Of a DNA stretch of 64,000 bases, positions 29,148 through 38,072 are shown one piece after another. Position 1 is the first letter of the stretch. Each line of letters opens with the position of its first letter. A program made the translations under genes and the position numbers. This DNA is from an uncultured Streptomycetaceae bacterium (lineage in GTDB: Bacteria > Pseudomonadota > Gammaproteobacteria > Burkholderiales > SG8-41): assembly GCA_964521405.1 (NCBI GenBank), contig CAZFRR010000065.1, positions 357 through 64,356 on the forward strand. The letters run 5' to 3'. A model generated the notes under the pieces. It did not search any database. It was not told the origin of the DNA and saw nothing but the letters and a program-made list of their open reading frames with translations.

Positions 29148-29969
29148 TTGCATTTTTCCCGAATCATCGTCGCCGAACTGATCGACGCTCTCGACCGCGG
29201 CAAGGTCATTTCCTCGGTCATCGAGCGCAATCCGCAATTTGACTGGGATGCGGCCTACCGGGTCGCAGCCGACATCGTCAAGCTGCGGCGGGCACGCGGT
29301 GAGAAGACCATTGGGCGCAAGATCGGCTTCACCAACCGCAACATCTGGGCGGAGTACGGCGCCACCGCGCCGATCTGGGCGCACGTCTACGATCGCACCG
29401 TGCAGTTCGCGGACGGCGATCGCGCCACCGTTTCGCTGGAAGGCAGTGTGCAACCGCGGCTCGAGCCCGAGATCGCGTTCAAGCTCAAGGCTCCGCTGCG
29501 CCCGGGCGTCAATCATCCCGCGCTGGTTCTCGAGGCGATCGAGTGGTTGGCGCCGAGCTTCGAGATCGTGGACTGCCACTTCGCCGGCTGGAAGTTCGGG
29601 CCGGCGGAATCAGCAGCTGATTTTTCATTCCACTGGAAGCTCATCGTTGGCACGCCCTGCCCTATTCGGCGCGACGCGATCGCCGATCTCGTGGACCGGC
29701 TCCGCGACTGCAACGTCGAGCTCAGCAGGAATGGGCAAGTCGCGGATCGGGGCACGGGCGCGAACGCGTTGGGACACCCCGCGCTCGCTCTCGCCTTTCT
29801 CGCCGATATCCTGATGCGGCAGCCGCAGTTCGAGCCGCTCGCGGCGGGAGAGATCATCACCACCGGCACGCTGACAGCCGCGATGCCGATCCGGCCGGGT
29901 GAGTCGTGGTCCTCGCGCTATGAGGGCTTGCCCGGCGTAACAGGCCTTTCACTCGTCTTCACCGAGTGA
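29148..29969 (+). CDS. 2-keto-4-pentenoate hydratase / 4-oxalocrotonate decarboxylase family (MhpD-like) protein
   Basis: 273 aa. The TTG start lies 8 nt after the SD AGGAG. Segments IGRKIGFTNRNIW and GEIITTGTLT are present. Confidence 0.75.
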   Translation: MHFSRIIVAELIDALDRGKVISSVIERNPQFDWDAAYRVAADIVKLRRARGEKTIGRKIGFTNRNIWAEYGATAPIWAHVYDRTVQFADGDRATVSLEGSVQPRLEPEIAFKLKAPLRPGVNHPALVLEAIEWLAPSFEIVDCHFAGWKFGPAESAADFSFHWKLIVGTPCPIRRDAIADLVDRLRDCNVELSRNGQVADRGTGANALGHPALALAFLADILMRQPQFEPLAAGEIITTGTLTAAMPIRPGESWSSRYEGLPGVTGLSLVFTE

Positions 29970-29975
29970 AAGACC

Positions 29976-30062
29976 AATGAGGAATGATGAATGCAAAATG
30001 ATGACCTGAAGACCTAAAACCGACCTTCCGTTCATCATTCATCATTCATCATTCATCATTCC
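29976..30062. repeat. Short-period array hairpin, AATGATG / CATTCAT flavour (second copy)
   Basis: Left arm: AATGAGG AATGATG AATGCAA AATGATG A (29976-30004). The core is about 24 nt. Right arm: CG, then 4 x TTCATCA, then TTCC (30029-30062). The right arm supplies the last comEC codons and its stop. Confidence 0.85.
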
Positions 30063-32453
30063 GAATTCCAGGGGATCCGGCACCGGGTCCCCGATCAGTG
30101 GCGTCTGCCAGTAGCGCCGGTAAATCGCGCGGTAGGGCGTCACGCTGATCATGCCTTCCGCGCTGATCGCGATCGTCACAGCGCCATCGCGATCACTGCG
30201 GTAGATGCGCGTGCCGGCGTCGCGGTAGCGCTCCACCACTTCGCGGTGAGGATGACCCAGCCGGTTGCGGTAGCCGGCCGTGAACACCGCCAGCTTCGGC
30301 TCGACTGCGCGCACGAACTCGGGGGTCGACGAAGTGCGGCTGCCGTGATGCGGCACCACCAGCACATCGGAGCGCAAACGATCGCGCGAGCGGGCCAGCA
30401 GCTCCTCTTCGGAGCGGCGCTCGATGTCGGCGGACAGCAAGATCCGGCCGCCCGCCGCCTCGACCGTGAGCACGCAGCCGCGGTCGTTGTCCTTCACTGC
30501 AGGATCTCCGTAGCTTGCCCGCGAAGGGTGCAGAATCTCGAAGCGCACGCCATCCCATTCCCATTGCTGCCCGGCCTCGCAGCGCAACGCCGGGTTGGCC
30601 TGCACCACCAGGGGATCGAGATCGGGCAACGACGTCAGCAGCCAGTCCATGGGTAACGCCTGCAGGACCGATGCCGCCCCGCCCCAGTGATCGTCGTCGT
30701 CGTGAGTGACGATCATGCCGTCGAGCCGCCTCACCCCGACCGCCCGCAGGTAGGGCACGATGATGCGGGTGCCGCTGTCCGCGCCCGGCCCGAACGCAGG
30801 ACCGGCGTCGTAGAGCAGAGCGTGATTCGCGGTGCGAACCACTGCGGAGAGCCCCTGCCCGACGTCGAGGATGGCGAGCTCGACGTCTCCCGTTCTCAAG
30901 GCCGACGGCGCCACTGCGAACAGGGGCAGCAACCCGATCACGCCCAGCCAGCGCGCTGGCATCCCGCGCGGAGCGAGCAGCCAGGCCAGCGCAGAGACCG
31001 CGACGACCACGGCCCAGGCCGGGGGCGCGCGCTGCTCCCACACCACGTCGGGCAGCAGGGCGAGCCACTCGAGCAGCGTCATGCACCCGCTCATCATGAG
31101 ATGCGCGCAATGGAGGATGAAATCGAACGGCACCGCGACCCCGATCAGCGCCAGTGGTGCGACGGCGAGGCTCACCACCGGGATCGCCACGGCGTTGGCA
31201 AGCGGCGAGACAATCGATACCTGCTGGAACATCGCCAGCAGTGGCGGGATCAGCGCCAGCGTCACCGCGATCTGCACCCTGGCCCAGCTCGCGAGCCAGT
31301 GGCTGCGGCCGATGCGGCCCACCGTGACGTACATGATGACGGCCACGGCGCCGAACGACAGCCAGAATCCCGCCGCCAGCACCGCCCAGGGATCGATCAG
31401 CATGACCACAAGCAGCGCCACGCACAGCACGATCGACGCCGACTCGATGACGCCCAGCCACAGCGCGGCCGCGACCACGGCCAGCATGTAGACCGTGCGC
31501 TGCGCCGGCACCGCGAAACCCGCCAGCAGCGCATAGAGCAGCGCGGCGCCCAGCGCCCCGGCCGCCGCGGCCTTCAACGCAGGCAGCGCCAGCGTCAGCC
31601 GGGGAATGCGCCGCCACAGGCCGTAGACCAGCGCGAACACGAGGCCCGAGACCATGGTGACGTGCAGGCCCGAGATGCTCATCAGGTGGTTGACGCCGGT
31701 GCGGGTGAATGTCTGCCATTGTTCCGGCGGGATGGCGCGCTGGTCCCCGATCGCGAGCGCAACGATGACGCCGGCGTACGGCGCCTCCGGCAATGCGGCC
31801 TGGATGCGCGAGCGAATCATGCCGCGGGCGCGCTCGACCCAGTAGCCGGGCTCGTGCACCATCGTCGCCAGGCGCTCGCGGGCCGTTCTCGGCCGCACAT
31901 AACCTGTCGCGCGGAGATTGCGTTCGAACAGCCACGCCTCGTAGTCGAAGCCGTGGGGATTGGCCGTGCCGCGCGGGCGCTTCAGCCTCACGGTCAATTG
32001 CCAGCGTTCGCCCGGCTCGAGCGAAGGAATGGTGGCGGGCCGGTCCTCGCGCGCTGGCGTGCCCCACCACGACAATACGATATGCCGCGGCACCCGCGCG
32101 TCCGGGGTCAGCACGCGCTCGACGTTGAACTCGAAGCGCACACCTCGCTCGTAAGCCTGCGGCAGCCCGGACACGACGCCGATGACCGCGATGTCGCGCC
32201 CTTCCCATTCCGCCGGCAGCGCGTCGGCGAGCCGCTCGCCCGCGCACCACGCCGCCCAGGAGAAACCCAGAGCGATGCACGCCGCCTTCACGGTTGCTTC
32301 GCGCAGCAGGCGCGCCATCCAGCCCTCGGGGCGGGCAGCGGCCGCCACGACTCCTGCCGCGCCGAACGCCAGCACCCAGCCGAACTCCGGCAGCGCGGCC
32401 TGCTGCTGCAGCCACCACGCGCCCGCCGCGAAGCACAGAACGTTGAGCCTCAT
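30042..32453 (-). CDS. comEC: DNA internalization competence protein ComEC/Rec2
   Basis: 803 aa with a polytopic competence domain and a C-terminal metallo-beta-lactamase-like domain (IVTHDDDDHWGGA). Confidence 0.92.
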   Translation of the reverse strand: MRLNVLCFAAGAWWLQQQAALPEFGWVLAFGAAGVVAAAARPEGWMARLLREATVKAACIALGFSWAAWCAGERLADALPAEWEGRDIAVIGVVSGLPQAYERGVRFEFNVERVLTPDARVPRHIVLSWWGTPAREDRPATIPSLEPGERWQLTVRLKRPRGTANPHGFDYEAWLFERNLRATGYVRPRTARERLATMVHEPGYWVERARGMIRSRIQAALPEAPYAGVIVALAIGDQRAIPPEQWQTFTRTGVNHLMSISGLHVTMVSGLVFALVYGLWRRIPRLTLALPALKAAAAGALGAALLYALLAGFAVPAQRTVYMLAVVAAALWLGVIESASIVLCVALLVVMLIDPWAVLAAGFWLSFGAVAVIMYVTVGRIGRSHWLASWARVQIAVTLALIPPLLAMFQQVSIVSPLANAVAIPVVSLAVAPLALIGVAVPFDFILHCAHLMMSGCMTLLEWLALLPDVVWEQRAPPAWAVVVAVSALAWLLAPRGMPARWLGVIGLLPLFAVAPSALRTGDVELAILDVGQGLSAVVRTANHALLYDAGPAFGPGADSGTRIIVPYLRAVGVRRLDGMIVTHDDDDHWGGAASVLQALPMDWLLTSLPDLDPLVVQANPALRCEAGQQWEWDGVRFEILHPSRASYGDPAVKDNDRGCVLTVEAAGGRILLSADIERRSEEELLARSRDRLRSDVLVVPHHGSRTSSTPEFVRAVEPKLAVFTAGYRNRLGHPHREVVERYRDAGTRIYRSDRDGAVTIAISAEGMISVTPYRAIYRRYWQTPLIGDPVPDPLEFGMMNDE

Positions 32454-32498
32454 TGCCCTGTAACGCGCGAGGCGCTTGCCGGTGGACGCTTAAAGACC

Positions 32499-32596
32499 GT
32501 GATTCGTGAATCGAGCATCCCCTCACCCTGCTCTCTCCCCCACTGTGGGGGAGAGGGAAGTTGAGGTCGAATCACGATTCACGAATCACGATTCAC
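32499..32596. repeat. Array hairpin (GTGATTC / GAATCAC flavour) enclosing a GC-rich palindrome
   Basis: Left arm: GTGATTC GTGAATC (32499-32512). Right arm: GAATCAC GATTCAC GAATCAC GATTCAC (32569-32596). The core 32519-32566 contains CTCTCCCCCAC-T-GTGGGGGAGAG. Confidence 0.85.
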
Positions 32597-32629
32597 GATT
32601 TTTGGGAAACTAATCAGTAAAATGCCCCA

Positions 32630-33190
32630 ATGCCCCGCAAGTACTTCCGCAAGCTCCTGCCCAGCCACGAAACCATACGGGCGAACCGCCACATCGCCCG
32701 GCTCGGGCCGTGGCTCCAGCATCACAACCTGTGGCACCTGCACCGCCGGTCGGTGGCGGGCGGCGTCGCGGCCGGCCTGTTCGCGGGCCTCATACCCGGC
32801 AGCAACCCGGTCCAGTTCACAGCGGGGGCGCTGCTGGCGATCGCGGGCCGGGTCAACCTGCCGATCGCGGTGCTGGTGACGCTGTACTCCAACCCGCTCA
32901 CCATCGTTCCGCTCTACTACGTCGCTTTCAAACTCGGGCAACTGGCCCTGCTGCAATCGGGTGACGAGCTGCCTCCGCTCGCATTCGGACTGGAGGGCAA
33001 GGGTTTCGGCGAATGGCTGCCGACGGCGCTGGAATGGCTGGGGTCCGTCGGCAAGCCGCTGGCGATCGGCCTGCCCTTGCTGGCGCTCACGCTGGCGTTG
33101 GTCGGCTATTTCGCGGTGGACTGGACGTGGCGCCTCTACGTGCGCTGCGCCTGGCAGCGCCGCCAACGGCGGCGCGCTGTAAAGCAATAA
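32630..33190 (+). CDS. DUF2062 membrane protein
   Basis: 186 aa with N-terminus MPRKYFRKLLPSHETI and hydrophobic segments. It lies next to comEC. Confidence 0.75.
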   Translation: MPRKYFRKLLPSHETIRANRHIARLGPWLQHHNLWHLHRRSVAGGVAAGLFAGLIPGSNPVQFTAGALLAIAGRVNLPIAVLVTLYSNPLTIVPLYYVAFKLGQLALLQSGDELPPLAFGLEGKGFGEWLPTALEWLGSVGKPLAIGLPLLALTLALVGYFAVDWTWRLYVRCAWQRRQRRRAVKQ

Positions 33191-33209
33191 ACCTAGAAAA
33201 AGCCGCTTG

Positions 33210-33338
33210 CCACAGAGGACACGGAGTTCACAGAGGAAAATCATTTCCGTATGTCATTATCGAGCCTCACCCATCAGGTGAGCGTGGCGCGCTGACTCAA
33301 CCTTTTGAATCTCTCTGTGTTCTCTGTGACCTCTGTGG
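33210..33338. repeat. Short-period array hairpin, 9-nt period, CACAGAG+NN / CTCTGTG+NN flavour (second copy)
   Basis: Left arm: CCACAGAGGACACGGAGTTCACAGAGG (33210-33236). Right arm: TCTCTCTGTGTTCTCTGTGACCTCTGTGG (33310-33338). The core is 73 nt and has an inner CTCACC/GGTGAG hairpin. Confidence 0.85.
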
Positions 33339-33368
33339 CTGAATGACAGTCTTTTTTGCGAACATGCA

Positions 33369-33989
33369 ATGAGAACACCTGATTACTGGCCCCAGGCAAC
33401 GCGAGAACTGGCGCAGCGCGATGCGGTGCTGCGGGAACTGATCGCGCGTTTCCAGGGCCTTGCACTGGGTAGCCGCGGCGATGCGTTTTCCACGCTCGCG
33501 CGCTCCATCGTCGGCCAGCAGATCTCGGTGAAGGCGGCGCAAAGCGTGTGGAACAGGCTTTCTGGCCGCCTCTCCGCCGTATCGCCGGCAGCCGTAAGCC
33601 GCACTCGCATTTCCACTTTGCGGGCATGCGGGTTATCAGGCCAGAAAGCCTTATATCTGCGGGACCTTTCCCGAAACTTCCTCGACGGCACGCTCGATGC
33701 GCATCGCTGGCACTCCCTCGGGGATGAGGCCGTGATTGCCGAGCTGACTCTTGTCAAAGGCATCGGCCGCTGGACCGCCGAGATGTTCCTCATGTTTTTC
33801 CTCGCGCGCCCCGACGTGCTGCCGCTCGCTGATCTCGGACTGCAACGGGCGATGCGGTTGCATTACAACCGTGCCCGCCCCTTGACTGCCGCGCGCATGC
33901 AAAAAATCGGAGCGGCGTGGGCGCCGTGGCGTTCGGTGGCCACGTGGTATATGTGGCGGTCGCTGGATCCGATACCGGTCGAGTACTGA
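33369..33989 (+). CDS. DNA-3-methyladenine glycosylase II family (AlkA-like, HhH-GPD)
   Basis: 206 aa with HhH segment LVKGIGRWTAEMFLMF and the conserved Asp context LPLADLG. Confidence 0.85.
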   Translation: MRTPDYWPQATRELAQRDAVLRELIARFQGLALGSRGDAFSTLARSIVGQQISVKAAQSVWNRLSGRLSAVSPAAVSRTRISTLRACGLSGQKALYLRDLSRNFLDGTLDAHRWHSLGDEAVIAELTLVKGIGRWTAEMFLMFFLARPDVLPLADLGLQRAMRLHYNRARPLTAARMQKIGAAWAPWRSVATWYMWRSLDPIPVEY

Positions 33990-33997
33990 CTAAATGC

Positions 33998-34099
33998 GTG
34001 ATTCGTGATTGATGATTCGTGAGTCGAGCGTTCTTGCGCCATCCTATTCCCGCATGGGCAGAGAAAAACAAAAAATCGATTCACGACTCACGATTCACG
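33998..34099. repeat. Short-period array hairpin, GTGATTC / GAATCAC flavour
   Basis: Left arm: GTGATTC GTGATTG ATGATTC GTGAGTC (33998-34025). Right arm: TC GATTCAC GACTCAC GATTCAC G (34076-34099). The core is 50 nt. Confidence 0.85.
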
Positions 34100-34112
34100 C
34101 CTTTTCAAGACG

Positions 34113-34469
34113 ATGACGCACGCCGAATTCACCGCCGCCCACTCGCGCGGCGAAATCAAGATCGAGATCGACCCGAAAGCCGCGGCGCGCCATCTGTCGG
34201 CGCGCCTGCTGCTGCCGTTCGTGATGATGCCGGTGCTGGGGATCGGCGTGGCGCTGGCGCTGACCGGCTGGATCTTCACCGGTCTCGCCGTCATCGCCGC
34301 CGGCATCCTCGCGCCCCGGCTCATCAAGCGCGCCGCGCCGCATTTCATCCTGACCCAAGCGCTGCAAGATCCAGCCGTATACGAGGAAGTCACTCAATCC
34401 GGCTTGCTGCGTTCCACACGGCTGACGACTGACGGTGAAACTTCACCGCCAAGACGCGAAGAACGCTAA
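34113..34469 (+). CDS. Small hypothetical membrane protein
   Basis: 118-aa ORF with two hydrophobic segments (LLLPFVMMPVLGIGVALALTGWIFTGLAVIAAGIL). The last roughly 8 codons are repeat-derived. Confidence 0.5.
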   Translation: MTHAEFTAAHSRGEIKIEIDPKAAARHLSARLLLPFVMMPVLGIGVALALTGWIFTGLAVIAAGILAPRLIKRAAPHFILTQALQDPAVYEEVTQSGLLRSTRLTTDGETSPPRREER

Positions 34470-34777
34470 GGAAGGATTACGACGGGTCGCTAAGGACGCA
34501 AAGGCCGCGAAGGAAATAATAATTACAACAAAGGTCGCTAAGACAGCGCCAAGGGTGCTATCGGCAGGACAATTTGGAATAGATTTGAACCACGGCCGAA
34601 CCGGATTACTAAACATTACAATTCCGACAGCGTTTCCTATTCCCCGCTTGGCGCTGTCTTCGCGTCCTTTGGTTGGTTTTCGATAATGTATTCCTTCGCG
34701 GCCTTGGCGGCCTTTGCGTTGAGGCTTCTATTTTCCTTCGCGGCCTTGGCGGCCTTCGCGTTGAAGCTTTGCTGTCA
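34444..34777. repeat. Composite nested-palindrome element (CGCGAAGGA / TCCTTCGCG, GCCAAG / CTTGGC units)
   Basis: It starts CACCGCCAAG and ends AAGCTTTGCTGTCA. The inner perfect 14-bp pair is AAGACAGCGCCAAG (34540-34553) with CTTGGCGCTGTCTT (34647-34660). The core is AT-rich. The last 62 nt are about 85% identical to 40194-40254. Confidence 0.8.
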
Positions 34778-35506
34778 CCGCTCCGACTGGAGCGTCCCGT
34801 CGACCAGCCGCAGGATGCGATCGGCCCGCCGGGCGATCTCGGGGTCATGCGTCACGATCACGAGGCTCGTCCCGCTGCTGCGATTCAACTCCAGCATCAG
34901 TTCGAACACGGTTTCCGCCGTGTGCCGGTCGAGGTTCCCGGTGGGCTCATCCGCGAGCACGCAGGCCGGCCGGGTCACCAGCGCCCGCGCGAGCGCGGCG
35001 CGCTGGCGCTCGCCGCCCGAGAGCTCCCCGGGACGATGCTGCAGGCGGTGATCGAGACCGACCTGCTTCAGCAAGCCTGCCGCCGCGCCGTAAGCCGCGC
35101 TCTTCTCCACGCGCCGGATAAGAAGCGGCATCGCCACGTTCTCCAGCGCCGAGAATTCCGCCAGCAGATGATGGAACTGGTAGACGAAGCCTAGCGACCG
35201 GTTGCGCGTCGCACCGCGCTCCGCCTCGCTTTGCCGGCTCAGGTCCTGCCCCAGCACCTTCACCTCGCCTTGCGTGGCGTCATCCAGCCCGCCGAGGAGA
35301 TGAAGCAGCGTGCTCTTGCCCGAGCCCGAGGCGCCGACAATCGCCACGCGCTCTTGCGCCGCGATGTCGAGATCCACCCCCGCCAGCACCGGCACCGCCA
35401 CCTTGCCCTGGTGAAACGTCTTGCGGAGGTTGCGGCAGGAAATTACCGGCACGCCGGCTGCGCCGGAGTGCTGAGTGCTGAGTGATGAGTGCTGAGCGCT
35501 ATTCAT
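34775..35506 (-). CDS. lolD: Lipoprotein-releasing system ATP-binding protein LolD
   Basis: Walker [10 protein letters not shown], signature LSGGERQR, Walker [11 protein letters not shown]. The start is uncertain: either ATG 35506 (overlapping the lolC/E stop as ATGAATAG) or GTG 35452. Confidence 0.9.
   Translation of the reverse strand: MNSAQHSSLSTQHSGAAGVPVISCRNLRKTFHQGKVAVPVLAGVDLDIAAQERVAIVGASGSGKSTLLHLLGGLDDATQGEVKVLGQDLSRQSEAERGATRNRSLGFVYQFHHLLAEFSALENVAMPLLIRRVEKSAAYGAAAGLLKQVGLDHRLQHRPGELSGGERQRAALARALVTRPACVLADEPTGNLDRHTAETVFELMLELNRSSGTSLVIVTHDPEIARRADRILRLVDGTLQSER
35466..35500. repeat. Lone 7-nt array (GAGTGCT GAGTGCT GAGTGAT GAGTGCT GAGCGCT) at the lolC/E-lolD junction
   Basis: Read directly. 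It is translated as [12 protein letters not shown] if the ATG at 35506 is used. Confidence 0.8.
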
Positions 35507-36740
35507 ACCGCAAAGCTTCCGCGGGATTGATCTTCGCTGCGCGCCAGCTCGGATAGATCGTGGCGGCCAGCGACAGCGCGAACGAGACCGCGGCAGTGAT
35601 CAGCACATCGGGCAGCTGCAGCTCGGATGGCAGGTCGCTGATGTAGTAAACATCCTTGGAGAGAAATTTCATGCCGAAAAGGCCCTCGATGAATGGCACC
35701 ACCGTCTCGACGTTCAACGCGAGCGCAATGCCGCCCGCCAGCCCCAGCAACGTGCCGGCGACGCCGATCAGCGTGCCCTGGATCATGAAGATCCGGGTAA
35801 TGCTCGAGGGCGCCGCCCCCAGCGTGCGCAGGATCGCGATGTCCGCCTGCTTGTCGGTGACCACCATCACCAGGCTCGAGACGATGTTGAACGCCGCCAC
35901 CGCGATGATGAGTATCACCACGATGAACATCATCCGCTTCTCGATCTGCACCGCGCGGAAGAAGTTGGCGTGCTGCTGGGTCCAGTCGCTGGCATAGATG
36001 TCGGGGCCGAGCGAGCGGGACAGGTCGCGCGCGACGCGCGTCGCCTCGAAGAGATCCTTCAGCTTCAACCGCACCCCGGACACCGCCTCGCCCAGGCGGA
36101 ACAGGCGCTGCGCATCCTCGACGTGGACCAGCGCCAGGCCGGAATCGTATTCGTAATGGTCCACCGCGAAGATGCCCACCACCGTGAACTGCCGCAACCG
36201 CGGAATGACCCCGGCCGGCGTCACCTGCCCCTGCGGCGCGACCATCACCACCTTGTCGCCCTGCGCCGCCCCCAGCGCCCGCGCGAGCTCGACGCCCAGC
36301 ACGACGCCGTATTCGCCCGATTTCAGGTTTTCAAGACGGCCGCTCCGCATGTGCCGGCCGATGTCAGCGACTTTCTCCTCGTGCTCCGGCAGAACACCGC
36401 GCACGTATGCGCCCCGCACCGCCGAGCCGTTGGTCAGCAGCCCCTGCGCGGTCACGTAGGGGGCGGTGGCCAGCACCTGGTCGTGGCGCGCCGCCGCGGC
36501 TGCGACGCCCTTCCAGTCGCCCAGCGTCCCGCTCCCGCCGGAGAGCTGCACGTGGGAAGCCACGCCCAGTATCCGCGTGCGGATCTCGCGCTGAAAACCG
36601 TTCATCACCGACAGCACTGTGATCAGCACCGTCATGCCGAGCGCGATGCCGGCCACCGAGATCAGCGCGATGAAGGAGATGAAATGATTGCGGCGCTTGG
36701 CGCGCGTGTAGCGAAGGCCGATGAAGAATTCGTACGACAC
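35499..36740 (-). CDS. Lipoprotein-releasing system permease LolC/E family
   Basis: ORF 35499..36845. The likely GTG start at 36740 ([23 protein letters not shown]) matches the recalled LolC N-terminus. FtsX-type permease. Confidence 0.85.
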   Translation of the reverse strand: MSYEFFIGLRYTRAKRRNHFISFIALISVAGIALGMTVLITVLSVMNGFQREIRTRILGVASHVQLSGGSGTLGDWKGVAAAAARHDQVLATAPYVTAQGLLTNGSAVRGAYVRGVLPEHEEKVADIGRHMRSGRLENLKSGEYGVVLGVELARALGAAQGDKVVMVAPQGQVTPAGVIPRLRQFTVVGIFAVDHYEYDSGLALVHVEDAQRLFRLGEAVSGVRLKLKDLFEATRVARDLSRSLGPDIYASDWTQQHANFFRAVQIEKRMMFIVVILIIAVAAFNIVSSLVMVVTDKQADIAILRTLGAAPSSITRIFMIQGTLIGVAGTLLGLAGGIALALNVETVVPFIEGLFGMKFLSKDVYYISDLPSELQLPDVLITAAVSFALSLAATIYPSWRAAKINPAEALRYE

Positions 36741-36857
36741 CGCGTCGGTCTGGAAGGAAAAAATGGGAATGGCACAGTGTGCCACACGCCTTGCGCCACG
36801 CCAAGAATTTGCCGGGACCCGGAAAATTCCTGGAGCACGCAACAAAATGACAAAACC

Positions 36858-37023
36858 GGTGAAACCACCCCCATCCCAACCTTCCCCCTGAGGGGGAAGG
36901 GGAATTTTTTCTTCCCCCTGAGGGGGAGGAGAACTCTTTTCTGCGCGAGAAAAAACATTCCCTCCCCCTCAGGGGGAGGGCCAGGGTGGGGGTGGTTCGT
37001 TTGCTTCGCGACCACTCATTCTG
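36858..37023. repeat. GC-rich nested-palindrome element, copy 1
   Basis: The outer stem ACCACCCCCATCCC / GGGTGGGGGTGGT encloses three hairpins: CCTTCCCCC-TGA-GGGGGAAGG, CTTCCCCC-TGA-GGGGGAGG and CCCTCCCCC-TCA-GGGGGAGGG. It is the reverse complement of 59782-60022. Confidence 0.85.
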
Positions 37024-37061
37024 CTACCAGTTCTTAGTGCTACACTGCGCCTGCCCTCAAC

Positions 37062-38072
37062 ATGCACGTAACACTCCTCGTTCCCGATCTGTTCTGGCCG
37101 CGCGACGACGGCGGGGGGGCGTACCGGGAACTGGAATTGCCGGCGCTGGCAAGATTTCTCTCTCGTTCCCGGCGGCGCAGCCTTCCTCCACTCGGCCTCG
37201 AAGCGTGGCTGTGCCAGGCTTTCGGGGTCGAGCGCCAGCAGGACTGGCCCGTCGCCCCGATCACACTCGGCTTCGACGGCGGTGATGCCGGCGACGATTA
37301 CTGGCTGCGCGCCGACCCGGTACACCTGGTCACCCGCCGGGACCAGCTGACGCTGGTCGATTCCGAAGTGCTGCAACCCGGCGAAGAAGAAGCGGCCGAA
37401 CTCATCGCAGCTATTAACCGCCACTTTGCCGGCGATGGCCTGGTTTTCCAGGCGCCACAGCCGGCGCGGTGGTATTTGCGCGTTCCCGGCTCGCCGCGCC
37501 TGGCGACGCGCGAGATCTCCGCGGTGGCGGGCCAGGATGTCGGCGGCGCACTCCCCTCCGGCGAGGACGGCCCGCGCTGGCGGCGGCTGTTCAACGAGAT
37601 CCAGATGCTGCTGCACGAGCATCCCGTGAATCAGCGCCGGGAATCCAGCGGGAAACTGCCAATCAATAGTGTGTGGTTGTGGGGCGGCGGGCAGCGGCAG
37701 GCAGCTTCCGGGCGACCGTTCTCGCACGTGGGTGGCAAGAACGCGCTCGCCCTTGCCCTCGCCGCGAGATGCGGCGCCGAGACGACAGTCCCAGGTAGCG
37801 TGCCTGACCGGGCGGCGCGCACGCTCATAGTGGCAGAAGCGCCCGCCGCGCGTTATGGAAATGACGAGGCCTGGCGGCAGGCGCTCGCGGAAATCGAGCG
37901 CGACTGGTTCGAGCCGCTAGTCTCGGCTCTGCGCCGCCGCACACTCGAGGGACTTGCCGTGGTTGCCCTGCATCCGCGCGCCTGCGAGCGCTTCGAGGCG
38001 ACGGCCACGGATCTGCTCAAGTTCTGGCGGCCGGTTCGCGAACTTTCCGTCCATGCCCCGGGGGACCGCTAA
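37062..38072 (+). CDS. Conserved hypothetical protein (possibly RpfE-type / phosphoglycerate-mutase-like, by position next to recJ)
   Basis: 336-aa ORF with coding-like composition. Its stop overlaps the recJ start (TAATG). The functional guess comes only from the recalled Xanthomonas rpfE-recJ-prfB-lysS neighbourhood. Confidence 0.6.
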   Translation: MHVTLLVPDLFWPRDDGGGAYRELELPALARFLSRSRRRSLPPLGLEAWLCQAFGVERQQDWPVAPITLGFDGGDAGDDYWLRADPVHLVTRRDQLTLVDSEVLQPGEEEAAELIAAINRHFAGDGLVFQAPQPARWYLRVPGSPRLATREISAVAGQDVGGALPSGEDGPRWRRLFNEIQMLLHEHPVNQRRESSGKLPINSVWLWGGGQRQAASGRPFSHVGGKNALALALAARCGAETTVPGSVPDRAARTLIVAEAPAARYGNDEAWRQALAEIERDWFEPLVSALRRRTLEGLAVVALHPRACERFEATATDLLKFWRPVRELSVHAPGDR

